From NCBI GenBank assembly GCA_030141605.1, contig JAQGDQ010000749.1, positions 1-64,000 on the forward strand: a stretch of DNA of 64,000 bases, read 5' to 3'. The position numbers were made by a program, and so were the translations under genes. Source of the stretch: Tubiluchus corallicola. Lineage: Eukaryota > Animalia > Priapulida. Below the pieces are notes generated by a model. It did no database searches and was not told the origin of the DNA. It saw only the letters and a program-made list of their open reading frames with translations. Positions 12,635 through 28,027 of this stretch are shown piece by piece; position 1 is the first letter of the stretch; every line of letters starts with the position of its first letter.

Positions 12635-13121
12635 GTGATCTTTGTATATCCGTACAAAAAAATTCTTAGTAATTTAAATAGATCTCGCCACCTGGTACAA
12701 GGGGACTGCATCGCCACCCCAGTGTGCACCACTGTTTCACCTAAAAATACTGCTTCAGTGTTGTTAACAATACAAAATAATTTAAACTTTTTCTTAATTA
12801 GAATAATATGTGCTATTTTTTATATTTTTATATTTTATACATTTTTTATATATAGTATTTTTTATATTTATCAAAACTTAGATATTAAATTAATAAGTAT
12901 TTGTCTTGCTTAAGATTGAAAAAACTAAATTAAAAGCTTTTTAATGGAAGCTTAACTCATTATCTAGTAGTGAAGAAAAGAAATGATAGCGAACATGGAT
13001 TTTTTTTATTCCCAAAAGGGCTTGTAGGACGTGTAGACATCGGAGTTTAGTAAAATTAACATATGAATGAGAAAGTAAGGCTTTGAAATGGTTGTTCCCA
13101 CAATGAATGTATGTAACTTAA

Positions 13122-13604
13122 CCCTTTCATTACGGAAGATGGTCACTGCCGCCTACGTTTTTTGTGCAAAGTAGATATGGCGCCCGAGCTCAACATTAAG
13201 CGCAGTCACCCAGGTCTGTTTATTTCACTGCTAGGGCCATGGAAAAACATTGTAGAAAAGTTTAACAGCCGTGGGATTGGGGTTGCTTTACAACAAGTAA
13301 CGCTAACCAACCAATCAGCATCTGAAGACAGGTGCATTCCATAATACTGTACTGTATGGTAGGTGTCTAAGTACATGCTTATTTATGGAGGTGTGGACGT
13401 GTATGTGTGCATGAGTGCTTGCATGTGTGCTCGTATGTGTCTGCATATGTAAAAATAAAACTATCATTTAATATTAGTACTCAATAACGAATAACTATTT
13501 GTTTACTTACAAGATTCTGTTTTGGTAACACACCACAGGAAGTTATTGTCAAATGTGCAAAAGTCAATGCGGCCTAATTAAAAAGCAACTATGTAATGAA
13601 AAGG
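13122..13604. mobile_element. piggyBac-type MITE
   Basis: TTAA on both sides; TIR ccctttcattac / gtaatgaaaagg. Confidence 0.8.
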
Positions 13605-13812
13605 TTAAGTTGCAGAATTTGCAATAATATTGGTATTATAACAAGTTTGTGGATAGTTCCTATTTTTTGGGAGGATGCGGGATGTTTGGTTTTGGCTGTG
13701 CTGCACACGTTTTGGGGGGGGGGACGCTATACATTTGTAATATAGCAGCATTTTATTTAAATGTTTTGTGATTTGCAGTAACTTAAAAAGTCAAATAATT
13801 TATTTTTTGCAG

Positions 13813-13913
13813 TGGGGTTTTGTTACTTATTATTTATACAACGTTCTGTGATACTTTTGCTCATCCAGATGAACTTGTCAACCTTAATGAAGTGCTTCCA
13901 GTTGCTATGATTG
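13813..13913 (+). CDS. SLC10A7: SLC10A7 exon 8
   Basis: ttgcag|..|gtaagt; GVLLLIIYTTFCDTFAHPDELVNLNEVLPVAMI; 101 nt. Confidence 0.94.
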
Positions 13914-13977
13914 GTAAGTCTTGCAGAGATCAGAAAAATGTTCTCTGTTTGTTTTATATTTAGCGTACGTACTATGT

Positions 13978-14452
13978 CAGGGGTGTGTAAATTATCTGAC
14001 TATCTGGGCCATATTAAACTTTCCCGCAATTCCTGCGGGCCACAGGCAGTTTGGTCAAGGAGCCAAGTACAGAAAGGCCTAATAATGATTTTTTGCATCC
14101 GACCTGCGTACATCATTACTACTACACTCAAGCAACTATTTTAGAAGTTATTAAAATTTATATTACAAACCATATATTTCTACTTTCAGGACAGATAGTG
14201 GTAATTTCATTACAATGCATATTAGTAATGTGTATCACACAGTCTGAGTAGTACATTGACATTAAGCTACAACCGTCTTGTAAGGGTTAATGGCATCCGG
14301 TCTAGTAGAGAAAACTACCCGCACTATCTTTGGGATCATGACTTCAGCTGGATACACTCAATTAATCGCCCAGGCCGCACTTTCATTAGGTTGACAAATC
14401 TCTTCGCGGGCCACACAAATTCTCTCGGCGGGCCGCAATTTGCACACCTCTG
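13978..14452. mobile_element. hAT-like MITE, copy 2
   Basis: TIR caggggtgtgtaaatt / aatttgcacacctctg; same internal sequence as 8711-9175. Confidence 0.85.
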
Positions 14453-14542
14453 GAATATATGTATTTTCAAAACTGAAACTTGCTTAACAGCTGATCAAAC
14501 ATTTTGAAATAAAACTTATTTGAAAGAAAGGTGAAAAATCTA

Positions 14543-14619
14543 GACTGTGCCTGTAATTGAACCAGTGACATCTGCATTACAAGTCCTGTATCAGACTAGT
14601 AGACCAAGACTACACAGTC
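14543..14619 (-). pseudogene. Degenerate tRNA-like sequence (TGT anticodon, Thr-like) or SINE head
   Basis: acceptor stem GACTGTG/CACAGTC, CTTGTAA anticodon loop, GGTTCAATT T-loop; D, anticodon and T stems mismatched. Confidence 0.55.
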
Positions 14620-14713
14620 GTTGCAGGTTATAACTCATTACTAATAGCTCGCAACCATTCAAGCATGAGCAATTAGGGCAATTATTAAGTAATTCATTAA
14701 ATTGTTATATATA

Positions 14714-15518
14714 CAGTAGGTGCGGCTTAATAGACTCACTTTGGGATGGAAGTGTTTTGACCCTATTAACTGACTGAGTCAATTAGCCCATGGTTTAGTA
14801 AAGACAAGTTTGAGTCATCACTTTTCACCCTAGTATGCATTGCAAAGGCATAGTTAAGTCAAAGTCTAATCATCTAGTGCTTGAGCTGCAGTTTGTGATG
14901 ACCTTGTGAAAAGCAGCGGGAGCTTCAAAACAAACCGCCGGTCAACTGACTTAATGTTTAGTTTCCAGAAACAACGAAGTTAATTGCAGTGGGCAAGCAG
15001 GTGACAGATTGATAGCAAAATCGCTGGTCAAGTGATTAAATGTTTAGCTTCCAGAAACAACGAGGTTAATTGCAGCGGATAAACGGATGACAGATTGATA
15101 GCAAAATCGCTGGTCAAGTGATTAAATGTTTAGCTTCCAGAAACAACGAGGTTAATTGCAGCGAATAAACGGATGACAGATTGATAGCAAAACCGCTATG
15201 CTAACATATTAGTGCATATGATAAACGTATTGTACCTGTTTACAGACAAAGCTGTACTTAACGTGACTCTTTCTATACATATTATTGCGCACAGAGTCGA
15301 TGTAAAGACGACGTAAAAGTAGGAAGAGCTCTTTAGTAACACAGAAGTATCTTATTTTTACGCGAAGTAAAACATCGAGTCAATTATGCGGAGCTGTTTG
15401 AGTCAATTACTGACAGTTTTTATGTATATGTGAATAGGAGAGGCACCCATTCCAGATGTTTTGAGTCGATTATGTGACTGAGTCTATTAACCGCGAGTCT
15501 AATAAACGATGCACACTG
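14714..15518. mobile_element. pogo/Tigger-like MITE with internal about 90-bp tandem repeat
   Basis: TA-cagtag..cactg-TA ends; subterminal ttaatagactc / gagtctattaa; internal repeats about 14930-15195. Confidence 0.7.
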
Positions 15519-15575
15519 TAATTTAAACCCAAAATGGGATTTATTTATAATCTTCATTCCAGCTTTGTTTTTTAG

Positions 15576-15701
15576 TGTTCTGCATGCAAGCGTTGTTGTT
15601 ATTTCTAACATTCTGGATATCGTCGCGAGAAATAGTTGGATTTGAACGAGCGGACACGGTTGCCATCATGTTCTGCGCTACGCACAAGTCACTCACTCTA
15701 G
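15576..15701 (+). CDS. SLC10A7: SLC10A7 exon 9
   Basis: ttttag|..|gtaaac; VFCMQALLLFLTFWISSREIVGFERADTVAIMFCATHKSLTL; 126 nt. Confidence 0.95.
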
Positions 15702-15871
15702 GTAAACTTTTAAACACGCCACCTACTGTAGACTTCCATAAAAGATCATTAATGTCTTAGCAAAGCAATAAAATAACTCTGTAATGTTTAACTGAATGGG
15801 CAAAAGCTACCTGCTAGTTACAACTTTTCTGTAAAAGATCAATGATGGATTGATTTTTTTTTCAATAATGC

Positions 15872-16305
<434 letters not shown>

Positions 16306-16565
16306 TCTATATTTAAATTAAATATAGTTAAATTTCCATATTGTAGTTATCTGGTTTACTTTGCATATTTAACAAAATAGTACAGCAAGCTGGATTTTAT
16401 TTCCATACTGCATATAAACCTGCATTGTGAGACGACATAAATTGCTTAATATTCCTGCTATATTTTGCGGGGCCTGGGACAATTTTCGTTTGATCTATAA
16501 TGCATGTAATGTTGATAAATAACGTTATTAATGCTTGAATAATCATAACATTTGTTTCTTTTCAG

Positions 16566-16717
16566 GCATTCCAATGTTAAAGATCATTTACCATGGCGAT
16601 CCGCATCTCTCTCTCATCTCCATGCCGCTGCTCATTTATCATCCGATGCAGATTTTGCTTGGCGGAACGTTGGTGCCTTTTGTTCGACACTGGATGACTT
16701 CGCCACATCACACGTGA
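16566..16717 (+). CDS. SLC10A7: SLC10A7 exon 10 (terminal)
   Basis: tttcag|; [53 protein letters not shown]; total CDS 999 nt = 332 aa + stop. Confidence 0.94.
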
Positions 16718-16794
16718 TAATCTGTCTTGCAGCCACATCACATGTGATAATTTGTCTAGCAGCCACATCACACGTGATAATTTGTCTAGCAGCC
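16702..16794. repeat. 30-bp tandem triplication spanning the SLC10A7 stop codon
   Basis: gccacatcaca(c/t)gtgataat(c/t)tgtct(t/a)gca x3. Confidence 0.93.
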
Positions 16795-16986
16795 TATGTG
16801 GTCGACTTTAGTATTCAAGCATTTATATCTATGGCCTGTCGTTGACTAGGAAATTCTTTATTCAGGGTTGGTGTAAATGCTCATACAAAAAAGGGAATGT
16901 ACGTATGAGCCTATGAACAGAGGCAATGTGCAGTTCTGCATTAATCGTTGTAGTGTTCGTATGCACCATTAGTCCATTACCATATA

Positions 16987-17576
16987 CAGTAAACTATAAC
17001 TCAAACGCCCCGAGACCAAAAAATTTGTTCGAGTTATGTGAGGGTATGGAGATGACATTGTTCGTATGAAAACAAGATTGAGGTGACCAGACACTAGTAA
17101 CACTACAGCCTGTGAACATGACAATCCGTTAATCAAATGTCAAACAGCAATTTTTATGATTAAATTAAAGATAAAATGACTGGTCCACCTCTATTGTAGT
17201 CTGAGTAGCATGGTTAATAGAATTTGGCAGTAATAATGTAGTGATCCTAGTTATTAAACCAGGTTTGTTAGGGCGCTGTGTTCAGAGGTAATACAAGAAA
17301 TCTTAGCATTTTTGCTGAAACTTGCAGTTAAAATCGTAATGTGGTGCATGGGATTTCTCATACGGGAAGGTTTGGGATAGGCGGGATAATTTCTGTTAGA
17401 TTCTTGTAAATCGTACCGGGAATTCGTTTCGAGCTACATGATAATGCCAGTTACAGATTTTGAGTTACTCGATGTTTGGTAAAGAGAAAAACGGAAAGGA
17501 AAATCCGTTCCACAGTATCTGTTCGAGATACGCAAGTATTCGAGTTATCCTGGGTCGAGTTGTATGTAGTTCACTG
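16987..17576. mobile_element. pogo/Tigger-like MITE downstream of the SLC10A7 stop
   Basis: TA-cagtaaactataactc..gagttgtatgtagttcactg-TA; internal ttcgagtta motifs. Confidence 0.7.
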
Positions 17577-17978
17577 TATAAGAATGTGCTACAAGAAAAT
17601 GCACAAGATTAAATATTGTATCTTTTTTCTTCAGAGTTATGTGATAATGTGAGGTACTTGTGTTGGTGATGTGATAATGTGAGGTACTTGTGTTGGTGCT
17701 CAACTGTACGTTTTCTTAATAGGCAATTTGTACACATTCTTTATTCATCATTTTTATAGTTTTTATGTTGGGTGTTCTTGTTATTTCATTGTATTTTTCG
17801 CATTCAAGCGCAATGCACATGTTACATTTTTTGGTATTACTGTGTTATTAACTTATGTACATGCAAAAATCAAGGTGTTGCATTGCATGTTTTTACTTAT
17901 ATGCATGTTCTCATACTTTCTATTTCTATTTCATTTCTCTTCTCTTTTTCTCTATCTTTGTCTCTGATTTTATCTTAA

Positions 17979-18437
17979 CCCTTTCAGTCCCAAATTAGTT
18001 TTTTAATAAGAAAAAAGTTTTTGGCTTGATATCTTTGTTCAGTATGTGAATCTTGTTTACGCATAATAATTATTTTTTCTACCTGTGCCCGCGTGCTAAA
18101 TATAGCCTGTATCCCACGGGATACATTGGGATTCAATGGAAGCATAAAATGTGCTTCATTTTGCAACTGTTGATAATTTTTTAAAGTATTTAAGACATTT
18201 AGTATGCACGCTATGCTGATCTGTACAAAGTCGTCTCTAAAGTACTGTACCTTGCGCAGTTTTTTATGCTATGTAGATTTTCTAGTTTGCCATTTTATCA
18301 CCATTTTTAGTCTATTGTTATTGGCTTAAATCAAAATAACTATTAACAGATCAAATGACTGTCAGTTTTAAAATTTTATTAATTTTAAAGGCAGAAAATA
18401 TTCCCGTATCCCACGGGATACAACGGGTATGAAAGGG
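17979..18437. mobile_element. piggyBac-type MITE family B, copy 1
   Basis: TTAA-ccctttca..tgaaaggg-TTAA; homologues at 29151-29505 and 48876-49334. Confidence 0.9.
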
Positions 18438-21400
18438 TTAACTATCTATCTATCTTTTATATCATCTCATATGTGAGCTTCATTACACTATTCCATTCTG
18501 AAACACTAAATGTTTTCTTTATCATATTTTCAGATAATTTTCATTACTTTTTTTCTTTCACTGTGTAGGACAATCTAACAAGACCTGCTTTTCATTCCCC
18601 GCAACACATTTACATTTGTACATAAGTGAACAGTGTGTGAGGCTTTTCCTGTGCAGAAACAAAAACTTTTTTGTATCATGTTCATTGTAGGCCCTTTCAC
18701 TATATATTGTACACGAAACTATTGTAAATGTGCAATGTGAAATAAATGACTTATGACTTATGATGGATCTATTGTGCTTGTGTCACTAAATTTTGCTAAA
18801 AAACTGCTGATAGAGCATGACTTGGGCGGACAATAAAAATACTTTTGTTTTCATCTAATCTCCCTGGTAATATTTTTTTGTATTCACTTTCATGTTCACA
18901 TACTTATTTCACACAGTCCTAGAGAAGCATATTTTTTAAATTTAAGATGTAAAACACAGCAATTATTATATCATCGCTGCTTCAGCGAGAATGCAGTCAT
19001 GTTTTTCTATGGCTAACTTTCAGCCAGGGTTGCCATTTTGTATGATGCTGATTATCGAATTGGAGGTTAAAACGCATGGTATTTTCTACCAAATCAAATA
19101 AATTAACGGCCGAGTAGTGTTGCCGCTTAACGCAATTGTCAGAACATACATTTGGATGATACGTTTATACCGTACAAAAAGAGTATGTGGTAATCGATAA
19201 TTATAGGATAATTTAGTAATGTAAGACAAAAAACTAAAAAGTGTGTGAAAAAATGTGCTTTGGAAGAATGTAAAACATTGCTGCTAACCAGTTGGAAATA
19301 AACTTTGATTTCAACTGTTTTTAAATTTTCCACGATTCATCTTTAAACAATCACAAAGCTTTAAAAAGATGTTTTCGAAAAGAAAATTTCCCTCCCTTCC
19401 TACTGACATCTTTTGAGGTCGTTCAGTGTATTATTATGTTTATGTCACTGTAAAGACACAAGCAATTTTTTGTGGCTGGCCTAGTTTTGTGGAAGCTCGT
19501 CAAAATCATTTACGTGAAGATTAACTAGTGCTTGTCCCGAATATATTCGCGAGGAACGTAGGGAACAACAATTTTCTTCTTTTTTGTTAATTTGCGGAAC
19601 TATTTGGCAAGAAGGCGGAGGAGTTCGTGACTACGTTTTTAGCAGACGGAAAGAAAACCGTTTTTGTGTTAAATTGTTTACAGAATTTGGTGTTATATGT
19701 GTATCTTTATAAGTTTTAATAAAAGCGTTTAGAGTTCTGAACAATCCATGTGTCTGAAGCATTTGTTTTCGCTTGTCTGGGTTTGTTATTTGCAGGTTGT
19801 CTGCTTTGTTTGTCTTTGGTAATCTGCGTAACGGAAGTGGTGCTGACAAGCCACTGGCGTAGCAGTGTCTAGCTTTTTTGCTGGATTACTGCTGCGTTTA
19901 CCTGTCTGAAGGCAGATTTCTTTTATTTTTGAATTCTGCCTGCCCAATGTCTACAATAGACGTGACGGGCGTATGATGATGATGATGATGACGATGATGA
20001 TGATGCTTTGTTTGAAGCAAGCGCTTACCCGGATACCAGAGGGGAAATATGGTGATATGCAGCAAAATGTAGTTGAGTGTTAGGTCATTAAAAACGGATT
20101 ATATTACAGTAACTTGTTCGTTAATTACACTAATTAGCAGACAAAAGGCAATGACAGTTCTGAAAAACACCCATAAATTGGTTTGAATTACACTTGTTAG
20201 TTCAAAATGAAACCGAACTTCTGTATGATGATAATGATGTAAAGATAATTATTGGTAACTCCACTTTTCTTACCATGTAGCTTGATTTTTAACATTTCAA
20301 TGTGTGCATATCAACACACTTTTTCTGCACAATAGGTTCTGAAACACCCAGTAAAATTTGATATAGTTCGTTAGTTTTTTGAAATATTCTGGTTGTTACA
20401 GTTGAACAAGTTCACCTGACTCTAATCCGGCTACAGTATAACATCCTTGTAGCGAACCTAGTGGGGACCCAGAACTCTATAATATTATAACCGAGGTACT
20501 CTATAAGCACAAGTGGCTAATCACCTGTATATGACTATTAGACAAGAACGTATCAACAATAAAAATGTACTCGTACTAATAAGCATGTAAAGTACTTTTA
20601 GCAAATGTTGCCAAGTACCAACTACTTTGCAGTATGTTCAAATTCAATGAGAAGTATTTTGTGTGACTTCAATTAACTAAAAATATTATCGAATATCTCA
20701 TTAAATATCGTGCGCTATTTCAGTTGTAAATTTACGTCACATGTCCACTAAAGTTGATCAGATTAAAAAAGTTTGTCAATTTTGTTTGCACAAAATTTCC
20801 GTTCGTCCATTGTAAAAAAGTTTTTGCATCAAGATTCCTCACTTGATAAAAGACCTTAGCATTGCATTGCCTGTGTACGTGCACAAAACAGCTAGGTGCC
20901 AAGCTGCTGATTGTTTTATACAGCTAATCAGGGGCATATTAACCAATAGGCTAACTAGGCTATACCCTAGGGTGCCAAAGTTTGAGGGCGTCACTTATTC
21001 TTTTTCTTATTCTCCTCGGAAAATGTGTAATTTTCATATTAATGTAAGTTACATTTTATAACACACCACAAGTAGTTACTGGGTGCGGCGCTTATATAAG
21101 TGCCGCATAACGAACAGGCGCAAGGTTGTACACAAAAAGCAGTTGGGTAGCCTGCACGAATATATAAGTACTATGCAACTACATGTAATTAATAATGACC
21201 ACGTAGAAACTAGTTTAATAGTGTTACTAATACACCACAAGTAGTTTTTGTTCTGCTCATTACATAAACAATCATAAATTCACAATAGAGATGTGCGGGA
21301 CAGAACTATCAGCCTAGGGAGTCGTAAAGTGTTGATACGCCCTTGTGGTTAGTAGACAAGATGATCTTTCCGGACGACATGATCTCTTCCCATGCTGGTT

Positions 21401-22645
21401 GATCAACAACTTTTTTGCAACGCCAAGAATGACAGATAAATTTAGTTTGCAAATGACTGGCTAAGGTAAAGCCACAAACCATGTTCACTATAATGGTGTT
21501 ATACTCTACTTATGTATAGTTTAACTGCTCACCTCTATGTAGTAAAATCTATATATAGAATGCAAACTATCTTTATGCAGAAGCGTAGACCACGAACAAT
21601 GCTGTTTACTACAAAATACACTTGTGTGTTTTCTTCAAATATAAAATTTTTAATCCTTGGTTTTATTTGCACACACAAATATAATAAATTTGAGCATAGG
21701 CACACAATTGTACAATTATTGTAATAACTGTAATATTAATAATAATTAGTCCCCGAATTCCACTTTACAAGTGTGAATCACGTACATCTTCAGTTTTATA
21801 TTGCTAAAGAAAGAATTAGTTTTGCATTAATATAGAATCATTTCTTTGTTAGTGCAAAATTAATGCTTTCTTGGGGGGATCTTATTTGATGAACCAATCC
21901 ACAAACAATTTTTAAATAACTCTCTACAATTAAATCTTAAAATAAGTTAAAATGAGTAAAAAAAGTAGGAGTCCTGTACATATGACTAAAATAATTATGT
22001 ACTAACTGCCGTTTAGTAAGTCCCTTACGCCAGTTTGCAAATAAAGCATTGATACAATTATGAATCAAGTCTCTGTCACAGTTGACTAGATATTTTACCA
22101 ACAGATAGCGCCACGTGGACATGTACTACAGTTAACGGTGTAAGTGAGGAAGACCAGCATGCCTATTATTTTGAACACTGCGCATGCTCAATGTACACGT
22201 AGATAAAAACATAGTTTGCCGTGTCAAAGACGAAAACAACCTAAAAACAAGGTCAGTTGAAAATCTTTCACAACCATGATCATAAAAAATTATAAGCGGG
22301 GAAGACATTTTAATCATCATTTACACTCAACAGTCTAGTTTGTTTTGCCACCCAATAGGCAGAAGTAAACAAAATTTACTGAATTAAATTCTCTTGGCTT
22401 AGATGTTATGCAAGAGACGTCTTGTGGATTATGCAGTTCCTTTGTTCCTTTTCCAGCGGGATAATTCTTGTACTGCGAGGTCGAGTCATGGACAGTTTTG
22501 TCTCTGGTGCCCAATGGACGTTATACCCTGATTTTGTACATTATGGGATGGTCACATGACTGATACGTATAGATTTGTTCTCATCACCTGATCGTATCAT
22601 CGTTTATGCGCACTTTAGACGTGGATAAGCAGATTCCTGTTAGAA

Positions 22646-22924
22646 ATGGATGCTACTGACGCTGTGTGAATCTGAAATCTGTCATCCGTCACCATAGCAA
22701 TGAGATTTTGTTTGAAAACCACAGTGTCATCAAAATGTTCACACAGTTTCAATATGGCAACCATGAATCCTGTTGACTGTAATCAAGATGGATGCTACTG
22801 ACGCTGTGCGAATCTGGAATCTGTCATCCGTCACCATAGCAATGAGATTTTGTTTGAAAACCACAGTGTCATCAAAATGTTCATACAGTTTCAATATGGC
22901 AACCATGAATTCTGTTGACTGTAA
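22646..22924. repeat. 142-bp tandem duplication downstream of the VSP stop (probable 3' UTR)
   Basis: atggatgctactgacgctgtg.. at 22646 and 22788. Confidence 0.9.
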
Positions 22925-22967
22925 TTAATATCAGGATGAAATCACATTCCATTGATTGCCAAACATG

Positions 22968-23483
<516 letters not shown>

Positions 23484-23590
23484 CAAACATGATTCTAGTG
23501 GAATGAGTGAGACAACGAACCAAGACGACATTGTCCACAAAGTCCAAAGAACATGAAGGACATTTACAATCCAATGGCTCTCATTTGTCC

Positions 23591-23711
23591 TCATGATGCC
23601 GGTCTTTCAACTGGTAATTCAAACAGCATTTCTATTGCAAAATGTTCCAGAAAGTGCTTCCACGTATTCGGTTTATGTGGATTATCCAGATCTTCTCTTT
23701 TGATGAAAAGT
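23591..23711 (-). CDS. TPTE2: VSP/TPTE-like terminal exon
   Basis: tttcag|; LFIKREDLDNPHKPNTWKHFLEHFAIEMLFELPVERPAS-TGA (LDNPHK motif); 121 nt. Confidence 0.92.
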
Positions 23712-24290
23712 CTGAAAAGAAAAAAAAACATCACACATTGCATGGAAGATGTAAATTACTGGCAAATGAACCCTGAATTCATTCTTGCATAAGAATAGAT
23801 TCGCTAATTATGCCTATAAGCATAATAAACTGTGTGGAATTAAGCCAAACGAAAAATACAGAAAATTTAGTTTGTACAACGAGAAAAGCCTGTAATATGT
23901 TAGAAAGTAGGGCCCGAAAACTGGTGTCTCTTTTTGCACACAACCGGTACAGCTACCCTTTGTGTGCTAGTAGATAAGCCTATAAATACAATGAGATTGG
24001 CATGTTATTTTAGTGTAAGTAGCCAGGATTAGATACCAGCTTTGTAGTTAAATCAAAAACGCTGTGACCAACGCGAGTTGAACTAACATAAATGAATGGA
24101 GTCAGAAACTGTTAACAAGCTTTCTTGCTCACAGGGTACAGTGTTGTTCTATGTATTGTGTTTACAAGCAGGTTAGTGAGTAAATGCCCTAGTGCTGAGA
24201 TTGGTATGTAATGGCACAACCTCTGATTAGGGCAGGTAGGTCCTTTGATTTTGCTATAGTAAGACATAGTGGTAACAAGCTTAGGTGTGT

Positions 24291-25018
24291 AATAATAATA
24301 ATAATAATAATAATGACAATATTGATAATAATAATAATAGTAATAACAATAATAACAACAACAATAATAATAATAGTAATAACAATAATAATAATATTAA
24401 TAATATTGATAATAATAGTAATAATAATAATAATAATAATAACAATAATAATAATAATAACAATAATAATAATAGTAATAATAATAACAATAACAATAAT
24501 AATAATATTAATAATATTGATAATAATAGTAATAATAATAATAATAACAATAACAATAATAATAATAATAATAGTAATAATAACAATAATAATAATATTA
24601 ATAATATTGATAATAATAGTAATAATAATAATAATAACAATAACAATAATAATAATAATAATAATAATAGTAATAATAATAATAATAACAATAATAATAA
24701 TAGTAATAATATTGATAATAATAGTAATAATAATAATAATAACAATAATAATAATAATAACAATCTTTATTTAAAGTCGGCTTTTGGGTCAACAATTAAC
24801 ATTAGCTCAAAGAGCTATTATCGCCGACTGTAAATAACAACCTACAACTACATAACAGAGACTATTATTACCCCACTTTTACCCTAAATACCACGCTCCA
24901 GGCAGGGCAACAGCAGGTACCATTTTTAAAGTCTTTGGTATGACCCGGCCGCTGGTTCGAACTCACGACCTCCCAGACGGAAAAAGCAGACGCATTACCA
25001 TTAGACTAAACCGTTTGG
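24291..25018 (-). mobile_element. tRNA-derived SINE with expanded (TTA)n tail, copy 2
   Basis: body nearly identical to 16050-16305; tail about 470 bp. Confidence 0.85.
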
Positions 25019-25206
25019 TGACGAATCATCATGAAGTGAGTCAAATTTTAAATGGGCTGGTGTATCTAAGCCCATTTAGAGATTTAGTCAGTTAGTTATT
25101 CAAGTAAAAGATTCTAAGGACATCTCACACCTGTTGTACAGCTATTTTTAATTCAAAGCAAAAAACGACTTGTCAGTTGAGTTGAATGGAACAACTAATA
25201 CTGTAC

Positions 25207-25689
<483 letters not shown>

Positions 25690-25709
25690 ACTGTACTAAA
25701 AATATTTAC

Positions 25710-25783
25710 CTGTTATCTTTAATGAACGAAGTGTGAAACCACCAATAGAACGCACAGTCGTCATAACCAATCGGAACTTTTTT
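25710..25783 (-). CDS. TPTE2: VSP/TPTE-like exon (C2 domain, CBR3-equivalent region)
   Basis: tttcag|..|gtaaat; KKVPIGYDDCAFYWWFHTSFIKDN(R); 74 nt. Confidence 0.92.
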
Positions 25784-25853
25784 CTGAAACAAGATTTTCA
25801 CTCGGTGAAAAATAGTTTCTCCAGAAAAAGGGCAATACCAGCACATAGGTGTA

Positions 25854-26883
25854 AGCTACTGCAAAAGTATATACTAGTTTATCTACTGCAAAAGTATATA
25901 CTAGTTTAGCTACTGCAAAAGTATATACTAGTTTAGCTAGTGCAAAAGTAGATACTAGTTTAGCTACTGCAAAAGTAGATAGTAGTTTAGCTACTGCAAA
26001 ACAATATACTAGTTTAGCTACTGCAAAAGTATATACTAGTTTAGCTACTGCAAAAGTATATACTAGTTTAGCTACTGCAAAAGTATATACTAGTTTAGCT
26101 ACTGCAAAAGTATATACTAGTTTAGTTACTGCAAAAGTATATACTAGTTTAGCTAGTGCAAAAGTAGATACTAGTTTAGCTACTGCAAAAGTAGATAGTA
26201 GTTTAGCTACTGCAAAACAATATACTAGTTTAGCTACTGCATAAGTATATACTAGTTCAGCTACTGCAAAAGTATATACTAATTTAGCTACTGCAAAACT
26301 ATATACTAGTTTAGCTACTGCAAAAGTATATACTAGTTTATCTACTGCAAAAGTATATACTAGTTTAGCTACTGCAAAAGTATATACTAGTTTAGCTACT
26401 GCAAAAGTATATACTAGTTTAGCTACTGCAAAAGTATATACTAGTTTAGCTACTGCAAAAGTATATACTAGTTTAGCTACTGCAAAAGTATATACTAGTT
26501 TAGCTACTGCAAAAGTATATACTAGTTTAGCTACTGCAAAAGTATAATTATACTAGTTTAGTTACTGCAAAAGTATATACTAGTTTAGCTACTGCAAAAG
26601 TAGATAGTAGTTTAGCTACTGCAAAACAATATACTAGCTTAGCTACTGCAAAAGTATATACTAATTTAGCTACTGCAAAAGTATATACTAGTTTAGCTAC
26701 TGCAAAAGTATATACTAGTTTAGCTACTGCAAAAGTATATACTAGTTTAGCTACTGCAAAAGTATATACTAATTTAGCTACTGCAAACCTATATACTAGT
26801 TTAGCTACTGCAAAAGTATATACTAGTTTAGCTATTGCAAAAGTATATACTAGTTTAGCTACTGCAAAAGCATATACTAGTTT
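25854..26883. repeat. 27-bp minisatellite, about 38 copies
   Basis: unit agctactgcaaaagtatatactagttt. Confidence 0.97.
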
Positions 26884-26966
26884 TTACAACATTAAAATTG
26901 CTGGTTTGCATCTTTGTCGTTTTTTAAATTAATTTTTAAAACTTTAAAATAATTTTTAAAACTTAC

Positions 26967-27062
26967 TGATCGACACCAGAACATAACTTTAACTTCATTA
27001 TTTACAACAGGACAAATCAACAGCTCAATCTTCAATAAATCTTTCTCAACATCGCGATGTAC
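26967..27062 (-). CDS. TPTE2: VSP/TPTE-like exon (C2 domain)
   Basis: ttttag|..|gtaagt; VHRDVEKDLLKIELLICPVVNNEVKVMFWCRS; 96 nt. Confidence 0.88.
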
Positions 27063-27827
27063 CTAAAAACGCAAAACGTCAAAAAGTCAACAACATTTTT
27101 AACGGGATGCATGACCTCCTAAATGTTCACTAGCGGGTTAAAACAAATTGTCTACACTTAGGGTTAGTTCACATCTTACAAATTCGTTCACGAGTCGAAG
27201 CTACAGGGTCGTTTACACGTAATTGTCGCGTTTCCCTGCTACGTTTTGAACTTTATTGTTTGTAAAAATGACACTTAATGACAGGTTTTCAACGTCAGCG
27301 TCACGCTGTGGTAACATTTTGCCGTTGGAAATGACAAGGCAGCTTTAGTAATTATTTAACCATCTTCAGAAACAATTTTCTTCGTGTAAGTTTAACGTCA
27401 GTTTGTTGTTTATTGCAGCCATTTGTTATTTTAGTACGTCAATTCTGAGACAATCTTTTGAGGCAATTTTGTGACTATTCACAGCACAGTATTAGTACGT
27501 GCAAGTACATAGCATTTAAGTTCATACAAATATATATATATTCTGCATATTAATAAACACAGTGTAAAGAAAGGGCTAGGGTGCTGGGGAAATACAGCAT
27601 TACATGAGTAACTTATTTATGAACAAACAACAATTATTATGTTAGGAAAGACAGCAAAAGAGTCATATTGTCATATGTGAGCGGCGACTTTACGTTTTAT
27701 AATTTTATAGCTAAGTTATGTGAAAGTACCCTTGTATTATTGACTACTCAAATTATTGACTAACTAATAGTAAAGCCACTAATATTTGGAGGAAAAATTT
27801 GCTTGAGGCGCGTTGCAAAACCAACAG

Positions 27828-27912
27828 TAGCTATGCAACCTAAAATAGCTATGCAACCTAAAATAGTTATGCAACCTAAAATAGTTATGCAACCTAAACA
27901 AGCTATGCAATC
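27828..27912. repeat. 18-bp tandem repeat, about 5 copies
   Basis: tag(c/t)tatgcaacctaaaa. Confidence 0.85.
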
Positions 27913-28027
27913 CAAAAATTACCTCAGTTAATGCAAACGTTTTGTATACGTGTAATACATAATGTAGATAAAACATATTATGTATGCAGGCAGAGTAAGG
28001 ATGACACAGGTATTTCATAATATTTAC

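Noticed and set aside
12422-12913. 163-aa ORF as a separate gene, and an initially suspected missing SLC10A7 exon
   Set aside because: The real exon 7 (12486-12634) lies here in another frame and restores phase; SLC10A7 is complete
19380-20005. Coding-looking segment ending in (GAT)n between the two convergent genes
   Set aside because: Frames are interrupted and no motif was recognised; probably a decayed transposon but unsupported without a search
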